DNA of 62,495 bases, counting the filler, from Sphacelaria rigidula (taxonomy: Eukaryota), in the NCBI GenBank assembly GCA_964200075.2. It is 5 parts of 5 records of this genome, joined end to end, with 100 filler letters (N's around TTAATTAATTAA, not from the genome) between each part and the next. Parts side by side here need not be neighbours in the genome. Positions count along the whole stretch, not along the records: positions 37,561 to 49,978 come from CAXNAA020003798.1; 4 more parts are not named here. The stretch is one strand, 5' to 3'. Numbering within the stretch: the stretch's first letter is position 1; each line of letters begins with the position of its first letter. Made by a program: the position numbers and the translations under genes. Shown here one piece after another: positions 37,461-50,078 of this stretch. The notes beneath the pieces are model-generated. The model did not search any database. It had not been told where the DNA came from and saw only the letters and a program-made list of their open reading frames with translations.

Positions 37461-39446
37461 NNNNNNNNNNNNNNNNNNNNNNNNNNNNNNNNNNNNNNNN
37501 NNNNTTAATTAATTAANNNNNNNNNNNNNNNNNNNNNNNNNNNNNNNNNNNNNNNNNNNNATTTTAGCACACGAATCTTTGTTCAGCGGCCAATCCCGAA
37601 ACCTCGGAGCTAAGCGAATCTGAAAAGTGTGCTAGGCTCCTCTCCGTGGGGTGATGCAAAGTGTCTAGAATGTGTGTTGGCGATTTTCCCTGTCCGGGGG
37701 TCATGAAGGAGATCAAATGTACCAAAGGTGAACAATCCGTGGGCCGAAAATCTGTTTGCCATAACATCCGGCCTGATGGTCTACTCTGGCGGTGGGAAGT
37801 AGATCTTTGGTCTCATGTGGACGACGAACGGACATGTCGTGCACTTGTGAACGTTGGGAAAGGAGTGGGACGTGAAGTGCTTCCCCTTCTCGTGTCGGCA
37901 CACAAGTTTCCTGTGGATGCGTTCACATGCAGCCTGACGTCACGCGGGGTTTGGTCACAGATGTGCAACTGCCGACTCGCTGATACCGCTGGTTATGGTC
38001 ATGGTTGCAGTTCTAGTTCTACTTGAATGAATGAGCGCCCATGTTTTCGGTCGCAAGGCTTTGTAGACCGTTATTGAGTACCCCCCGTGTAATCTTCCCG
38101 GCGTCGTTTAGATCGTAACTCGAGGTTTCTTCACCCAAACTCCTCGTACACTAAAGCCTTCTGTTGACAAATCGGCGCACCCGCAATAGATTCCCGTTAC
38201 ATCGATGTATCTGATACTTGATTCACGTATACTTTATACAGCTCCGCCTACTGTACCCGCGTAACAGCTGCTGATTGAGGATAAGATCGGCACTCTCTCG
38301 CCAGTCAGTCGTTTTTTTCTTGGATGGTTATCTTGTGCACACTGACGTATATCATGGCGTAGCAGCATGACCGCGAGGATGAGACACCACGCGGCGGTTT
38401 ATGCGTTAGAGATTACTTTTCCCCCACGAAACTCTCGAGAAAACATGGTGTGCGAGTAATGACAGAAAATAGAGGGGATTAGAGCGATGACAGCACAAAT
38501 ATGACTTACTTCGTTTCATCTTGTGCGAATGCTGCGGCTGTCGACGGAGCAGGTGTCCATGTAAGCCAGTACCGCCTCATCGCTGTGCCCATTCTGTGCG
38601 CACTGTATGGCATATCAGAGTAGAAACACCTTTGTACGAGCTTTTGTTGTGGTTGTTTGAATAGGGAAAGTATTCCGTTGTTCGGTTCGTGCAGTATTTG
38701 CCTGTATTGTGCAAAAAATGGCTTCTGGGGAATATGCACGGTAGCCCGCGAGGTGCACCAAATTTTGTTGTATGGGTCTCGTAAATACAAGATGTGGTCA
38801 CGAAGCGTTCACACACGGAAGCGTACGTCTTGGCTGGTGCTCTTCCGTGCAGCGCAGCGCGAGGCGAGCGTGCCGTGTGTCGTACTTGTTTTGTTTTTTG
38901 CGTCATAGTTACAGTACCAGCGCTGACGTGCCGCAGCGTTTTGAATGTGTTGGATCGGCATTACTTTCACTGGGGAAATTAACGTGAGACGCAGATGCCG
39001 CCCACCCTGGCGGTCCCAGGGATGAAACTGACAACCGGGTCGCGTGATCACCGTACCCTTTTTTCTCACGAATCGAATTTTTGTTTTAGTCTTCTTCACA
39101 CCTTGGGCAATATATACTCGATAGTTGCAATAGAAAAAAAACGTACTTCATGAAGTATAGGTCTAATGCGACTATTGTCGGCCGACAACAGTTACAACAG
39201 GCCTATACTTTGTGCAGTGTACTCCTCGTCTATTGCATTTATTGACCATATATTGTCCAGGGTGTGGTACCTTGTGAAGCACGACGTGGTATATAATGTA
39301 GTTTAAATCCCAGCATGGCATCCTGAGTGTAAAACCTGACATGAGCGTATTCTAAGAAACCCCCGGTTCGCTATTTTTGTTCCTCGTACTTGTGCCTATA
39401 CCTGGATCGTGGCACACATGCTTGCGTACTGTGAACAACCCCGCAG

Positions 39447-39642
39447 ATCCAGCTGCTGCAGCACGAGATAGCTCACGCAGCGGACGAGCCGAATTTCGTC
39501 AGCGCTATCTGTAGGGCGCTAGAGGGGTCCGGAGGGGGAGGGGGGAGAGAAAGGACAGAGCAGTCGCACGGGCGACACGCATCAAGGGGGGGAGTTCAGG
39601 GGCAACAGGGGCCCCATCGGATTACGGAGGAGTTCCTCGCAG
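39447..39642 (+). CDS. NOT1: CCR4-NOT complex subunit 1, exon (IQLLQHEIAHAADEPNFVSAICRALE...ITEEFLAG)
   Basis: CCGCAG acceptor. Resembles CNOT1 [25 protein letters not shown]. Ends in phase 1 at a GC donor. Not in the ORF track; translated by hand. Confidence 0.82.
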
Positions 39643-41541
39643 GCATGTGGTGACCTCGGCTGTGGTTGGTTGTAGGTGTTGTCGGTGTCGTCTGTGGTGG
39701 TGATGTTGGTGCTAGTATTGGCAGTGGTGTTTTCGGTGCGTGGTTGTTGTGGTGGTTGAGTGCTGGTGGTCTTTCGGTATTTCGGTTCTTGCTGTGTGAT
39801 GTTTTATCAATTGAGTGTGGTTCCCGTTGATCTTCTGCGTTGTCGTGTCGAGTTGTTGGGGCGTCTAACGCGCAATGAAGACTGGTATTTCGGTGTCAAG
39901 GAGGGCGTTGTCTTGGCACGTGATATTTGATCGGAAGTGTGCGGCGGAAAAAAATCTCGCTATCTGATATGTCGTGAATTCATCCATCGCAATTTGTGTT
40001 GACGATAGTTGAAATCACGATTCGTCATATCGGAATTCTTGTTTTTTACCGTACCTTTTCAATCGAAAAATGACGCACAAGCACACGACCTTGGCCTCGC
40101 TTCAGTGTATTCAATCACAATTTCAGTCGTACTACCAGCTGGGCCAGCCCTGAAGCGTATCGGTACGTTTCGGGCGGGTTCTCACGTCATTTCCTAGTTG
40201 CACTTTCAAATTTGTTGTGTCAGATTTCCAGGGTATAATGAAAAATAATCTTCGAGAATTTTTGTATGAATCGAGGGAAACTATGATCCAGAATTCCCTG
40301 AAAAGCTCCCTAAATATGGGGAAAATCTCGAGGAGCGTGACATTTCCCCTCAAATTATGCCCTTCGACTCTCCGTGCCAAGTTTCAGAGTGCAACTCCCA
40401 AAATTTTGGTGGAGAATTCGTGATTACAGCCTCTGTGCCGGTCAAGATTTGAACAATATTTTATAGGGCATTATCCATCATGGTTTTTAAGCTTGTTCTT
40501 TGAATTTTTGTGCAAGAATGGCAAAGGCATGAAAAATACGTGCAGCTGCGGGATTTCGACTTTTGCCTGAATGAGGACGTTCAAGTGTAGTACGCGTGTT
40601 CTTATTCACGACATCATCCTCAACTCTCGAAAAAATTATGATCCTGGCGGAGTCATTTTTAGAATGCCCTTGCGATTCTGCACACGGAAGTTTCAAAGCT
40701 CAACTTTGCAAACTGAACCGGGAAGCAGATTCAAGGGCAAAAAAACACAGTTCATTTTTCAGCTGAGCGTCTGTACCCGATGATCACAATCCCAAGAACC
40801 TGAACGTACTTCTATTTCGCCCTTGCCGTGGTCCATACCAAATTCTGAAGCATAACTCTTATATGGGACGCGAAATCCAATTTCAGTGCATTTAGTGTTT
40901 CCTCGCTATATCTTGGATTTGCCACAAAGTATCATGTGCGTGTAGGTGACGAATGAGTTGAAGACGAGAGTACTGTATTGATGGTTTCCCCGTGCTGTAC
41001 GGAATTTTCACACCAAAATATGATTTGCTGTACGTATCGTTCGGGGTTTCATACATGAACTTGAGTACTGACCCCAAGCCCGTATTGTATAGGAAATTCT
41101 CGATATAATGTTCAATCAACGAGGAAAAGTTGGCTCAGACTCTTGACCAGATGAGCCTTTTGTCCTTGCTTGGACGATTAATGAGTTGAACGGATCACGG
41201 CCCAACTCGTCTGGGTCGATGGGATACGGCTGTAAGATCTTGAATCCGTTTCTAGTCTGACCCCTCTTGGCTTCACAAATACATATTTATTTACGCAACT
41301 ATCCACCGTGATTTCCGGGTTGTAGGTGTTGTCGGGACTCGGTATTAATTGACCAAGACTCGCTGCAGTGTAGGTTCAGTGATGATAATGTTGATGTTGG
41401 ATTGAACCCACCGTATATTGACGTATCCAGAATACTCGGTTACTCTCCGTCCCTCCCCCCCGCACCATGTCTCTTCATTTCTAACAATGTTATGTCTCTG
41501 TTTTTTTCCCCGAATGAACGCCCATCTCTTCACGCCACCAG

Positions 41542-41792
41542 GCTTTTGCCGTGCGCTTAAGCTCTCGCCGGCGCAGCAAGTAGCTGTTGCACTCGGCCTA
41601 TCACGCTCTTGTAACCCGGGAGTCGCGAAGGAAGGGGTAAAGTTTCTCATCGCCCGAGTACCTGGGCTTGCCGCCGGTGGCGGAGGTACCGGGGGAGGAG
41701 GAGGGGGGGGCACGGGTGCAGGACAGCTGAGTCTTGAGGCGCTGCACTCGCTGTTTGAGCTTGTCAACCATACAGAGGACGTGTCTGCACAG
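41542..41792 (+). CDS. NOT1: NOT1 exon (FCRALKLSPAQQVAVALGL...LEALHSLF)
   Basis: CAG acceptor, GTGAGT donor. Resembles CNOT1 SKVLKLSKVQEVIFGLAL...IEVLHLLL. Confidence 0.88.
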
Positions 41793-42658
41793 GTGAGTTT
41801 CTTTTATTCATGTTTTTCGTGGTTTAAGAGTTGTCAGTAGTCGTAGCAGTAGAGTGGAAGTAGTAGTGGTAATAGTAGCAGCAGCAGCAGTAGTAGTAGT
41901 AGTAGTGCGAGTGTAGAAGTGGTGGTGAACTCGGAGTCACAGTAGCTCGTTCTCTTCTACTTCAGCTGTTGTATGTTTATTTGTAATGTCTCACTCGAGG
42001 CAGCATGTGTCCATCCCAGTAGATCGACAAAATGGCACCAGTTTGTTCTTGGCCCGAGATGTCTAAGTGAGTTGCGGGATAGTGGAGTTGTTGACTGTAA
42101 AGGAGCCACTTATAATACGATCTTTGCAAGCGTGTATAGTACGTATTCTGAAAGCTTCTGCAGTGAACAGCGTTCTTTTTGATGGGCCCGGAATGAGCAT
42201 TTCATGTGTGGCACATTGACGAAGAGCTGGCCGCGGGTTAGAGAAGTCCAATCGAGCTGGTGGGCAGATATCACAGAGATATTAGACTGAATCACCTCGT
42301 GCATTCCCGTAGGGTGATGGTGGGATAATGGCGACGAGTATTCACGTACATTTGACACTGATTCACTACAAAGCAGATGAGAATGAAATGCGTACAGCCT
42401 CTAGACAGGGTAAACCAACAGCTCTGACTGTTGAATGAGGGCGCGTTTTGCTGCGAGGTGCAACAAACCACGCACTTTCCCGGTTGACGTTCCCATGCAG
42501 TGGTAATGACTTGCGCGTTTGGTCACAAGATCAAAGATTAGTCATGTACGTATGAACCGTGAAGGGGGAGGCTGTCTTTTTCTTGGCCGACTTGTTTTAT
42601 CGTCTTCGAGCAAATAAGAACGATTTCTCGTCTCGTGTGTGTTTGCTTGAACGGATAG

Positions 42659-42844
42659 CCTCACTTGGGCACGTCGCTGCTGCAGCAAATACGAGAAGCG
42701 CACCAGGAATTGTTGGCAGGCTTGGAAGGGGAATCAGGGAAGGGGAACGACGGCGGGGGCGGCTTTGCAAGCGGAGGTTCGTCGTCGGGCGGAAACAAGA
42801 GCACCGCAGGAGGTGACGCCGTCAGCTCGGCTACATCGCTTCAG
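42659..42844 (+). CDS. NOT1: NOT1 exon (Gly/Ser-rich)
   Basis: TAG acceptor, GTATGT donor, phase 0/0, open frame. Confidence 0.72.
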
Positions 42845-43444
42845 GTATGTGATCCGTCTTTTGTTCTTTGACCCGTATGGTGGCGCAGGTGGTGATGATT
42901 GTGTTTTGTTTCGGGCGTTGGTGTGTAGGATGGTGTTTCTGAGATGGTACCTTCGATGAACTTTGAAACTGGGAATTTTCTGCGCGGGTCGATTGTGCAC
43001 GTGGTTGAAGTGGACATGGATTAATCTGGACATTTTTCGTGATTGGCGCGATATAAAAATGTACAGTAGTCAGCGTCAGAAGTACGCATAATCTGTAATT
43101 TCTGAGTTTCTCAACGATTATCAAAATTTGTTTTTTTTTACACCACTCATCACAGTGACTGTTGGACGCCGAAAAATGGGCATTCGGAGATATTTTATAC
43201 CTTTTGATAAATATTGAAGGAAAAGTTATCTGCGATCAATAATGAGAGACTCACGGGTTTGACCGATCGTCGGGGGTCCTGCGAAAATACGACCTCAGGC
43301 TCTAGCTTTTCGGTATTTTGGTGGACCAGCTCGATCCGGATCATATGAATGAAGACTCCAAAATGATTTTTTTTTTAAATCCCACCTAGTCACTGCGCTA
43401 AAGCAGGAAGACCATGTTTCTTGGACCATTTACGGTGAATGACC

Positions 43445-43900
43445 CCCTCCTGATAAACGGGGTCTTTACCCGGTATCGCCCCTACGACGCCAACTCGGGC
43501 GATTGTGATTTGAGCACGGTTTGCCTATTTTTCCAAAACTATCGACGCTAGCACTTTCGAGTGCTATGGAAAATGTTTTGCGGAAAGACCTCGAAAATAG
43601 GCCATTGCAGAAAATTTTCGACTGAAGTCTGTGCAGTATAGGAGGGAAACACGATCTAGATCGTTATCGTTATCGTGAAGAACTTGATGCGTTTTCATTT
43701 GTCTGAATATTTGCCATTTCATCGTTGAAAATCGGGAAAGCTGTTGATATTGGACCAAAAACGGTCAATAACGCCCTCCTGATAAACGGGGTATCAAGTC
43801 CGTATCGCCCCAAAAAGGCCAACTTGAGCACTGCAGTTTGAGCGCGGCCTACGCTTTCTCCCTAAATCTACCGGCGCTAGCACTTTCAACTTATGGTGAA
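43445..43900 (+). repeat. Diverged direct repeat of about 125 bp (43445-43570 vs 43774-43900) in a NOT1 intron
   Basis: Shared CCCTCCTGATAAACGGGGT, GTATCGCCCC and CGCTAGCACTTTC. A related motif occurs at about 12745-12785. Confidence 0.75.
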
Positions 43901-44897
43901 GAATAGTACTCCAGAAAAACTCAAAAAATAGAACAACTACGAATTCTGAAAACTTCTGATGCTGACCACTAATTTGATTTTGAAGTGTTGTGGCGAACGT
44001 GGATGGGAGAAGAATGGTGAACAATTTTTTTTCGCTGTCACTCGCTAGTTGTTCATCTTGTCTCTTTTATTCTTCATGACCGTGATCGATCAATGGATTG
44101 TGACAATGTTGTGTTACGACACCCCTCTCCTTGACTGACCTGTCCACTTGGACTTCTGTACTGTACGTCTTTTGTTTGTAAGTATTGCCGTTGATGTATT
44201 CATAATGACGGGATAAATATGGGCCACATGTGATTCATGCACACTTTTAAAACAGTTTCACGTTTGTTCCCATCTCGAATGACGTCTTCCAGGTGGGGGG
44301 CAAGATTTAAAACCAACATGTTCGTAATAGAAAGCCTGAAGTCCTTGGTATTCGGTATGTGCGATTGAGTAGGCTTCTCCGAGGTTTTGGGGTCCCCGTC
44401 TCGCCCATATCGGCGGGGACCCTGGAGAAATTGGTGAAACCAAGCGAAAGCGCAGGGTATGGATCGTAGTTGGCCGGGGTCATATTTTGACAAACATGGA
44501 TGTGGGAATTCATTCCCCAACTCTCAACAACCGAAGGAGAAGCTGCTACCGACTGGGTCAGGGTTATTTCCCCCAGGGACCCCACCCCGCCTGTAGCCAT
44601 GTTGACGATTGAACGATCGTGTTTTTATTATTACTACTAGGGGGAAAAATGTCGACTTTTTGGTAACAATTTCCTTGCATCATGATAACCGATGGCCATG
44701 ACGTGCATGTTTAGTCCGTGTCTTTTGTTTTCCCCGTGGGGACCCCCAGCTCTGGCCGTCGTACCTCTGAAGTTTATCTATATGAGTACTACTACTACCA
44801 CGGAAAATGTCACCTTCGAGGTGCAATTTTATTTTTCAGCATGCTTGTGATGATGAATCAATCTCGTTTTTCACTGGCATATAATTATAACTTTCAG

Positions 44898-45128
44898 GGA
44901 TCGACTTCGACCTTGTCGGAGGCAGACGTGCTTGCGCTTGTGCCGCTGTTCACGGATCACACGGGAGAGATGAATTTTCTGAATAAGACGAGCGGGGCCA
45001 TGTCTCTCACGTCGGACGTTGCGGGCATCGCCAACAGCATCGGCCAGGGCGGCAGCCTCGCGGGATTTTTGAAGGACCTCGGACACACTTGTTGTTCGAG
45101 CCCCGCGGCGCTTCGTCAAGCAATCCGG
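44898..45128 (+). CDS. NOT1: NOT1 exon (SLAGFLKDLGHTCCSSPAALRQAI)
   Basis: TTTCAG acceptor, GTGAGG donor. Resembles CNOT1 [24 protein letters not shown]. Confidence 0.88.
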
Positions 45129-45854
45129 GTGAGGTCGAGGTTTTGAATATATATTTATATGTGGGAGGGAGGGGAGGGGGCGGGAGGATAGACGTTGGCG
45201 ACGGCGTACATCGAGAAACGAACACTTGTATTGTAGGGCGCATGGTAGGGTTTTGAAATGCCGAGTGAGTGCCGATGCTTGATCATCATGGGTGTTAACG
45301 TGACAAGGCAGAGGATGGTTCAAGGCATCATTATCCCTAAATGCTTTGGACTTTCGATTGACGTGTTGCATTCCTGCTTCTGGGTGACGGAAGTCGCGGA
45401 TTTTTCCACGATAAAGGTATTTTTTGGCGGAAAACTATATGCTAGCCGAGCGATTGAAGCGTGAATGTCATCCAGCCCACGGTATTCAAACTGGATCAAG
45501 AATGGAGACGTGTGACGAAAACACGTGTGACGCCAGTCAGGAAAGAACGCGATTTCGAGGGGAAAAGGAGATGAATGAAGGTGGTGGTAGAGGAGATTCG
45601 GTGTACCGCGCGGTATCGTTGTGTGGAGCATGACCGAGAAAATTCCATTTTGTGTCCTTGCAGTAGGGCTGTGCGAAGGTAGGGTATGAAAAATAGCATA
45701 TCCGAGGCGAGAGAGCCTGTTGTCTGGAATTTGTCTCGTTTTCCCCCCTCTGTTCAATCGTTCCTTAGACATATCTTTTTCACGTATATATTTTCTTGCT
45801 AACCGCCGATTCCGGGGGTTGGTGGCCTTTTTTCCTCTTCTCGTGTCGGTGCAG

Positions 45855-46001
45855 GAGAGCGGGGTGGTGGTTGATGAGCGCCAGGTGGCGCAATTGATCA
45901 CCATGCTGGCGAACAATTACAACAGTCCCAAGGGCGGCGGGGACGACGGGGACCTTTCTACAGCGTTGACCAACAGTCTTTTCTCGTCGGGAGAGGGGCA
46001 G
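45855..46001 (+). CDS. NOT1: NOT1 exon (VDERQVAQLITMLAN)
   Basis: TGCAG acceptor, GTGCGT donor. Resembles VTAAQVARVLGMMAR. Confidence 0.88.
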
Positions 46002-46075
46002 GTGCGTTATCTTCGCTTCACTCACTCGGGGAAGGACAAAAGCGTTGCAGAATGAGTAAAATCTAGAAACGCGGT

Positions 46076-46115
<40 letters not shown>

Positions 46116-46196
46116 GGGAAAGAGAACGAAAAAAAGAAAAAAAAAAAAAAGAAGAGAGTTTTGGTGGGATTTGGGGGGGAAGGGGGGGGGGGGGGG

Positions 46197-46241
<45 letters not shown>

Positions 46242-46850
46242 GGGTTGAGGAGTACGGGGACAGGGACAAGCAGCCAAAACGTGAAAATATGAAGAACGAC
46301 TGAGTTGTCGTTGTGACATGGGTCAGATGTACTGGCGGAACTGTACAGCTTAGACGCGTTTTTTTTCCAGGTTGTTGATATTCATCGGATGACGCATTTG
46401 TTAATATTTTTTTGTGGAATTCGTATCAACCTTGTTGGCTAAGGCGGGAAGGGGGGGTACTCATTCGTTGCTTGCCTTGGTCTTTTCACCAATGACGCAC
46501 GCATCTCTCGCGAGACGGAGCACTAGGCAGGAGGGGGAAGTGGGCATGATTCCACGTCGTTCATATGGCGTCTGTGTAAACGCTGGTTGTCCGGCACCCC
46601 GTTTCTTTGTCTTGGATGTGAAGTTAATGCACAAGCGTGATTCACCTGACATCACATGGAATGGTGAGAAATCCCGAAGCCCAAACAGCACGTTAACGGC
46701 TGACGTGGGTTGCCTGAACAGTTGGCAACAGCCGTCTATTTCCTGTTTGTTTTTTCATTTGCGTATACAGCGCAAGTGTTGGTGACGTGTGTCCAGTATC
46801 GTGTGCCGAACGCTCGTTGCTGATGATACTTATTTTGTTCCGCAAAACAG

Positions 46851-47018
46851 ATGGCAGCCGATGCGGGGAGAGATGGAGGGAGCTCTGCGGGGCAGGGGCA
46901 AGGCCTGTGGAAGCTAGAAGTGGCTCGACAGGTGCTTGCGGAGGACTATGGTCCCAGACTGGACTGGATTGCCGTGGCTAGGGCGCTGGATCATGACCGG
47001 TTCAACATTCCGGATCAG
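46851..47018 (+). CDS. NOT1: NOT1 exon (WKLEVARQVL...LDWIAVARALDHDRFNIPD)
   Basis: AACAG acceptor, GTGAGA donor. Resembles WNVEVLIDVL...LNFKEVTYELDHPGFQIRD. Confidence 0.9.
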
Positions 47019-47910
47019 GTGAGATGCATAATTAACGGTGTCGTCCGAAGAAGCGGTCGTTTTTTGCTGTATGTTTCCTTATTAGAACCGCAAAGTAGTC
47101 GTTGTTGTGCTGCTTGTTGGGGGGCGTTGTTGACGCACTCTATTGTTCGTCCATTTTTCGTCCATTTCCTTCCATTTCGTTCATGGATAAACACTGAGGG
47201 AAGAGTATTGAGAATGAAGCCCGTTCAATAGGGCCCTTATTATTCGGTGCCTCCGGCGAGCATCATTTTCGTGAATCAACGCCTTCATGATGGTCGCACC
47301 CGTGTTTTAGAGACACGTTGTCTCCTTAGCGTCCTGTGCACCCGCCACGTATAAGTACGAGCGCGTGGAGAGATTGTCGTTCGCGGGGAGCGTCCTCCAT
47401 GTTGTAAGACTTTTTTTGTGGCGGACGTTTCGAAGCTGCGCCATCCTCTCTGCGCAAGGAAGGACGGATCTTGTCTCAATTTTGGGCTGCAAAACGCCGT
47501 GGAAGTGCCTAACGATACAAGGAAAATAATCATTCATGCATTGGTCTTCCTTGTGCCTTCGGTGTACAAATTTCCACCCGTTGGACAGCTCGTGAGCTAC
47601 TTAAAATAACTGATCGAAGAGGTCTCTGAGATCCGTGGTCCATGAGCACAAGATACGTGGACGGCGGGGTCCGAGATGCGAAAGCGCTACCTTTGCACCT
47701 CTCCGCATGGTCGGCGTCGAGCGCCGTAGAAGGCAAATGTGCCAAGTGGTCGTTCATAAGCTGTCCGACCGACACGTGCAATATTCATCGTTTAAACTTT
47801 TTCGTCATTATTTTGTTTCGATGGAATCGCTGAAGGAAGGTGCTAATACTTGTAGTTGGATGCTATCTGTCCGCTTACTCTGTACACCTTCCCCACGCCC
47901 TCGTCTACAG

Positions 47911-47999
47911 AATGCGCTGCGAGTATTGCTGGCGCTTTACCGAGGACCGGCTGGACGGGATATCCCATCTGAGGCTTTGTACATGCCATGGGACAACAG
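47911..47999 (+). CDS. NOT1: NOT1 exon (IPSEALYMPWDNR)
   Basis: CTACAG acceptor. Resembles FPVDLIYRPWKH. Ends in phase 2 at a GC donor. Confidence 0.85.
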
Positions 48000-48694
48000 G
48001 CGAGCCTCCTTATTTTTTTCCATTCCTGCTCTCGTTCTTGTTCTTTTCATCTCTCCTATTGTTTCTGTTTTATTTTCTTTTTCTTCCCTCCCTCTTTCCC
48101 TCAGTTTCTTATGAGACCACGGCTGGACCCCTGGCGGGTCAGTTAAAGTGCGACAATCTATCAACAAAAAGATCTTCTGTTTACATTTAACACGCCTCTC
48201 ACTCGGTGAACAAAGACTGTGTTGTCGCTCCGTACTGCGGCGATCACGAGATGAGATGTTGCACGACAGTACAGTAAAGGGTGGTTTGAGGGGGCGGGGC
48301 TGGTGAGGGCAGTGAAGACAGAAATACCGGTACATGGTGGGTACTGGTCAAAAGTCCGCTTTTTTCAAGAAATCCTGCAGAAGACTGTTTTATGTTACGC
48401 TTTGCTTTGCTTTTTGTGTTCGCTTCCCGGCGAGCGTGGAGAGATGGATTGATCCTTTGAAACCACGGACTCTTCCCGAGGAAAGGAAGAGGTTGAAATA
48501 CGACAAATACAAGGATATGAAGTTGAAATTGCCGTTGAAATAACCTTGTCGACTGCCATTCGTCCTCCTGTTACACAGGAGTTCAGTCCGTAACCATGCG
48601 TACACTGAATTTAATTCATGAGCTACGTTCAAATTCTTACCACCCTCAACCCCGCCCCCCCGTCCTCTCCCTCCGCTCCCTTCTCTCGAAACAG

Positions 48695-48890
48695 GCGTGG
48701 TCAGTTAAGTTTGTTGCGTGCGGCCATTCAGGCCCCGCCCCAGGTTTTCACGTTCACGTCATCACCAGCGAAGCAGGCGCCCCTGGAGGATGTGGATCCC
48801 ACCGCAGCTACACCGAACGGGGCGTGGCTGAGTCTTGATCTTGTGGCTGCTCTACTGTCTCTGGCCAGCGACACTGAGCTGTACGCTCAG
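48695..48890 (+). CDS. NOT1: NOT1 exon (GQLSLL...WLSLDLVAALLSLA)
   Basis: AACAG acceptor, GTAATA donor. Resembles GQLSFI...WKSLDLIESLLRLA. Confidence 0.9.
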
Positions 48891-49270
48891 GTAATATCAT
48901 CTTTTTGGTTTTGTGGTGCTGTATATTGGCGTTACATGTGTTGTTGGCGGCTTAACCATTGCGAGTGGAGGAGCAAACTCCAGGGGTTATGATGAACACG
49001 CGTGGCACGGGAGTGGGGGTGGGAGTGGAGGAGAACAATGATATGTCATCTTCCGACGTGCGACAATGCAGTTGTTTTAGCACTACGCTGCCGCCATGCT
49101 TCCGTTATTCGTGATATCCACACTTTTGAGCTGGGCTAGACTGGAAAGCAGTCTTCTCTTGGACGCCCCCATCCGCGCCACGCTCCCGCTTTTTTTCTGC
49201 ATGTGTCAAAAGATCTGCATCTTCAAAACCGCGAAGCCCAACCGCGGTGTATTTTTTTTCCGAATTACAT

Positions 49271-49652
49271 CAGGGAGGGATACATCACACACGTGACACA
49301 TTTGAAAAAAACGGGAATAACGTAACTTCAGCCCATTGAACGCTACGTGAGGTTTGATTTTTTGGACGGGACAAATGCAACGTAAGGTGATGTAACACTT
49401 GGACCTTGAAGCAGTGTATCTATGTGTTTTCCACACGTGAAAAAGGCTATCTCTGAATTTTTAACTTGACACGTGACATATTCACGAAAACAAGCAGAGT
49501 TTCCGTCACATTTGAAACGTGAAACGCAATGTTCGGGTTCATGCGAACATCCACACGTTACATCATATAACGTTACATATGTCCCATCCAAGAAACCAAA
49601 TCTTACATGAGCGTTAAATGACCTAAAGTTACGTGTCACGTATCCCTCCCTG
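49271..49652. mobile_element. MITE with CAGGGAGGGATAC TIRs and long imperfect internal inverted arms (hAT-like)
   Basis: Terminal 13-bp perfect inverted repeat. Flanks AATTACAT and AATTATTT may be a decayed 8-bp TSD. Confidence 0.8.
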
Positions 49653-50078
49653 AATTATTTGAAGTGCTTCTGTCATTTTAGTCACAACGATTCATTTCAT
49701 CCGTACGAATTGTAGTGTTGTGTACTAGTGGTACCCACCATACATGCGGATAAATGTTTATCTGTTGGCAAGTTTGGGTAATGAACAGTAAATACATGGT
49801 TGGCTGTTTAATGTATGGTTGTGGTGGACGGGACGGAATGGGGTGGGATGTGTTTTTCGTTCGGGCGGGCGGGCGGGGGGGGGGGGGGGGGGGGGGGAAA
49901 GGAGCAAAAAAAGAAAAAAAGGGTGAGGACTGGGAGGGGGGGACTAAAAAAAAAAATGGAGGGGGGGGTGTAGGTCTGNNNNNNNNNNNNNNNNNNNNNN
50001 NNNNNNNNNNNNNNNNNNNNNNTTAATTAATTAANNNNNNNNNNNNNNNNNNNNNNNNNNNNNNNNNNNNNNNNNNNN

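Noticed and set aside
46074-46292. Poly-Gly/poly-Lys and poly-Pro ORFs
   Set aside because: Intronic homopolymer runs that look like low-quality sequence; the same applies to 49860-49978.
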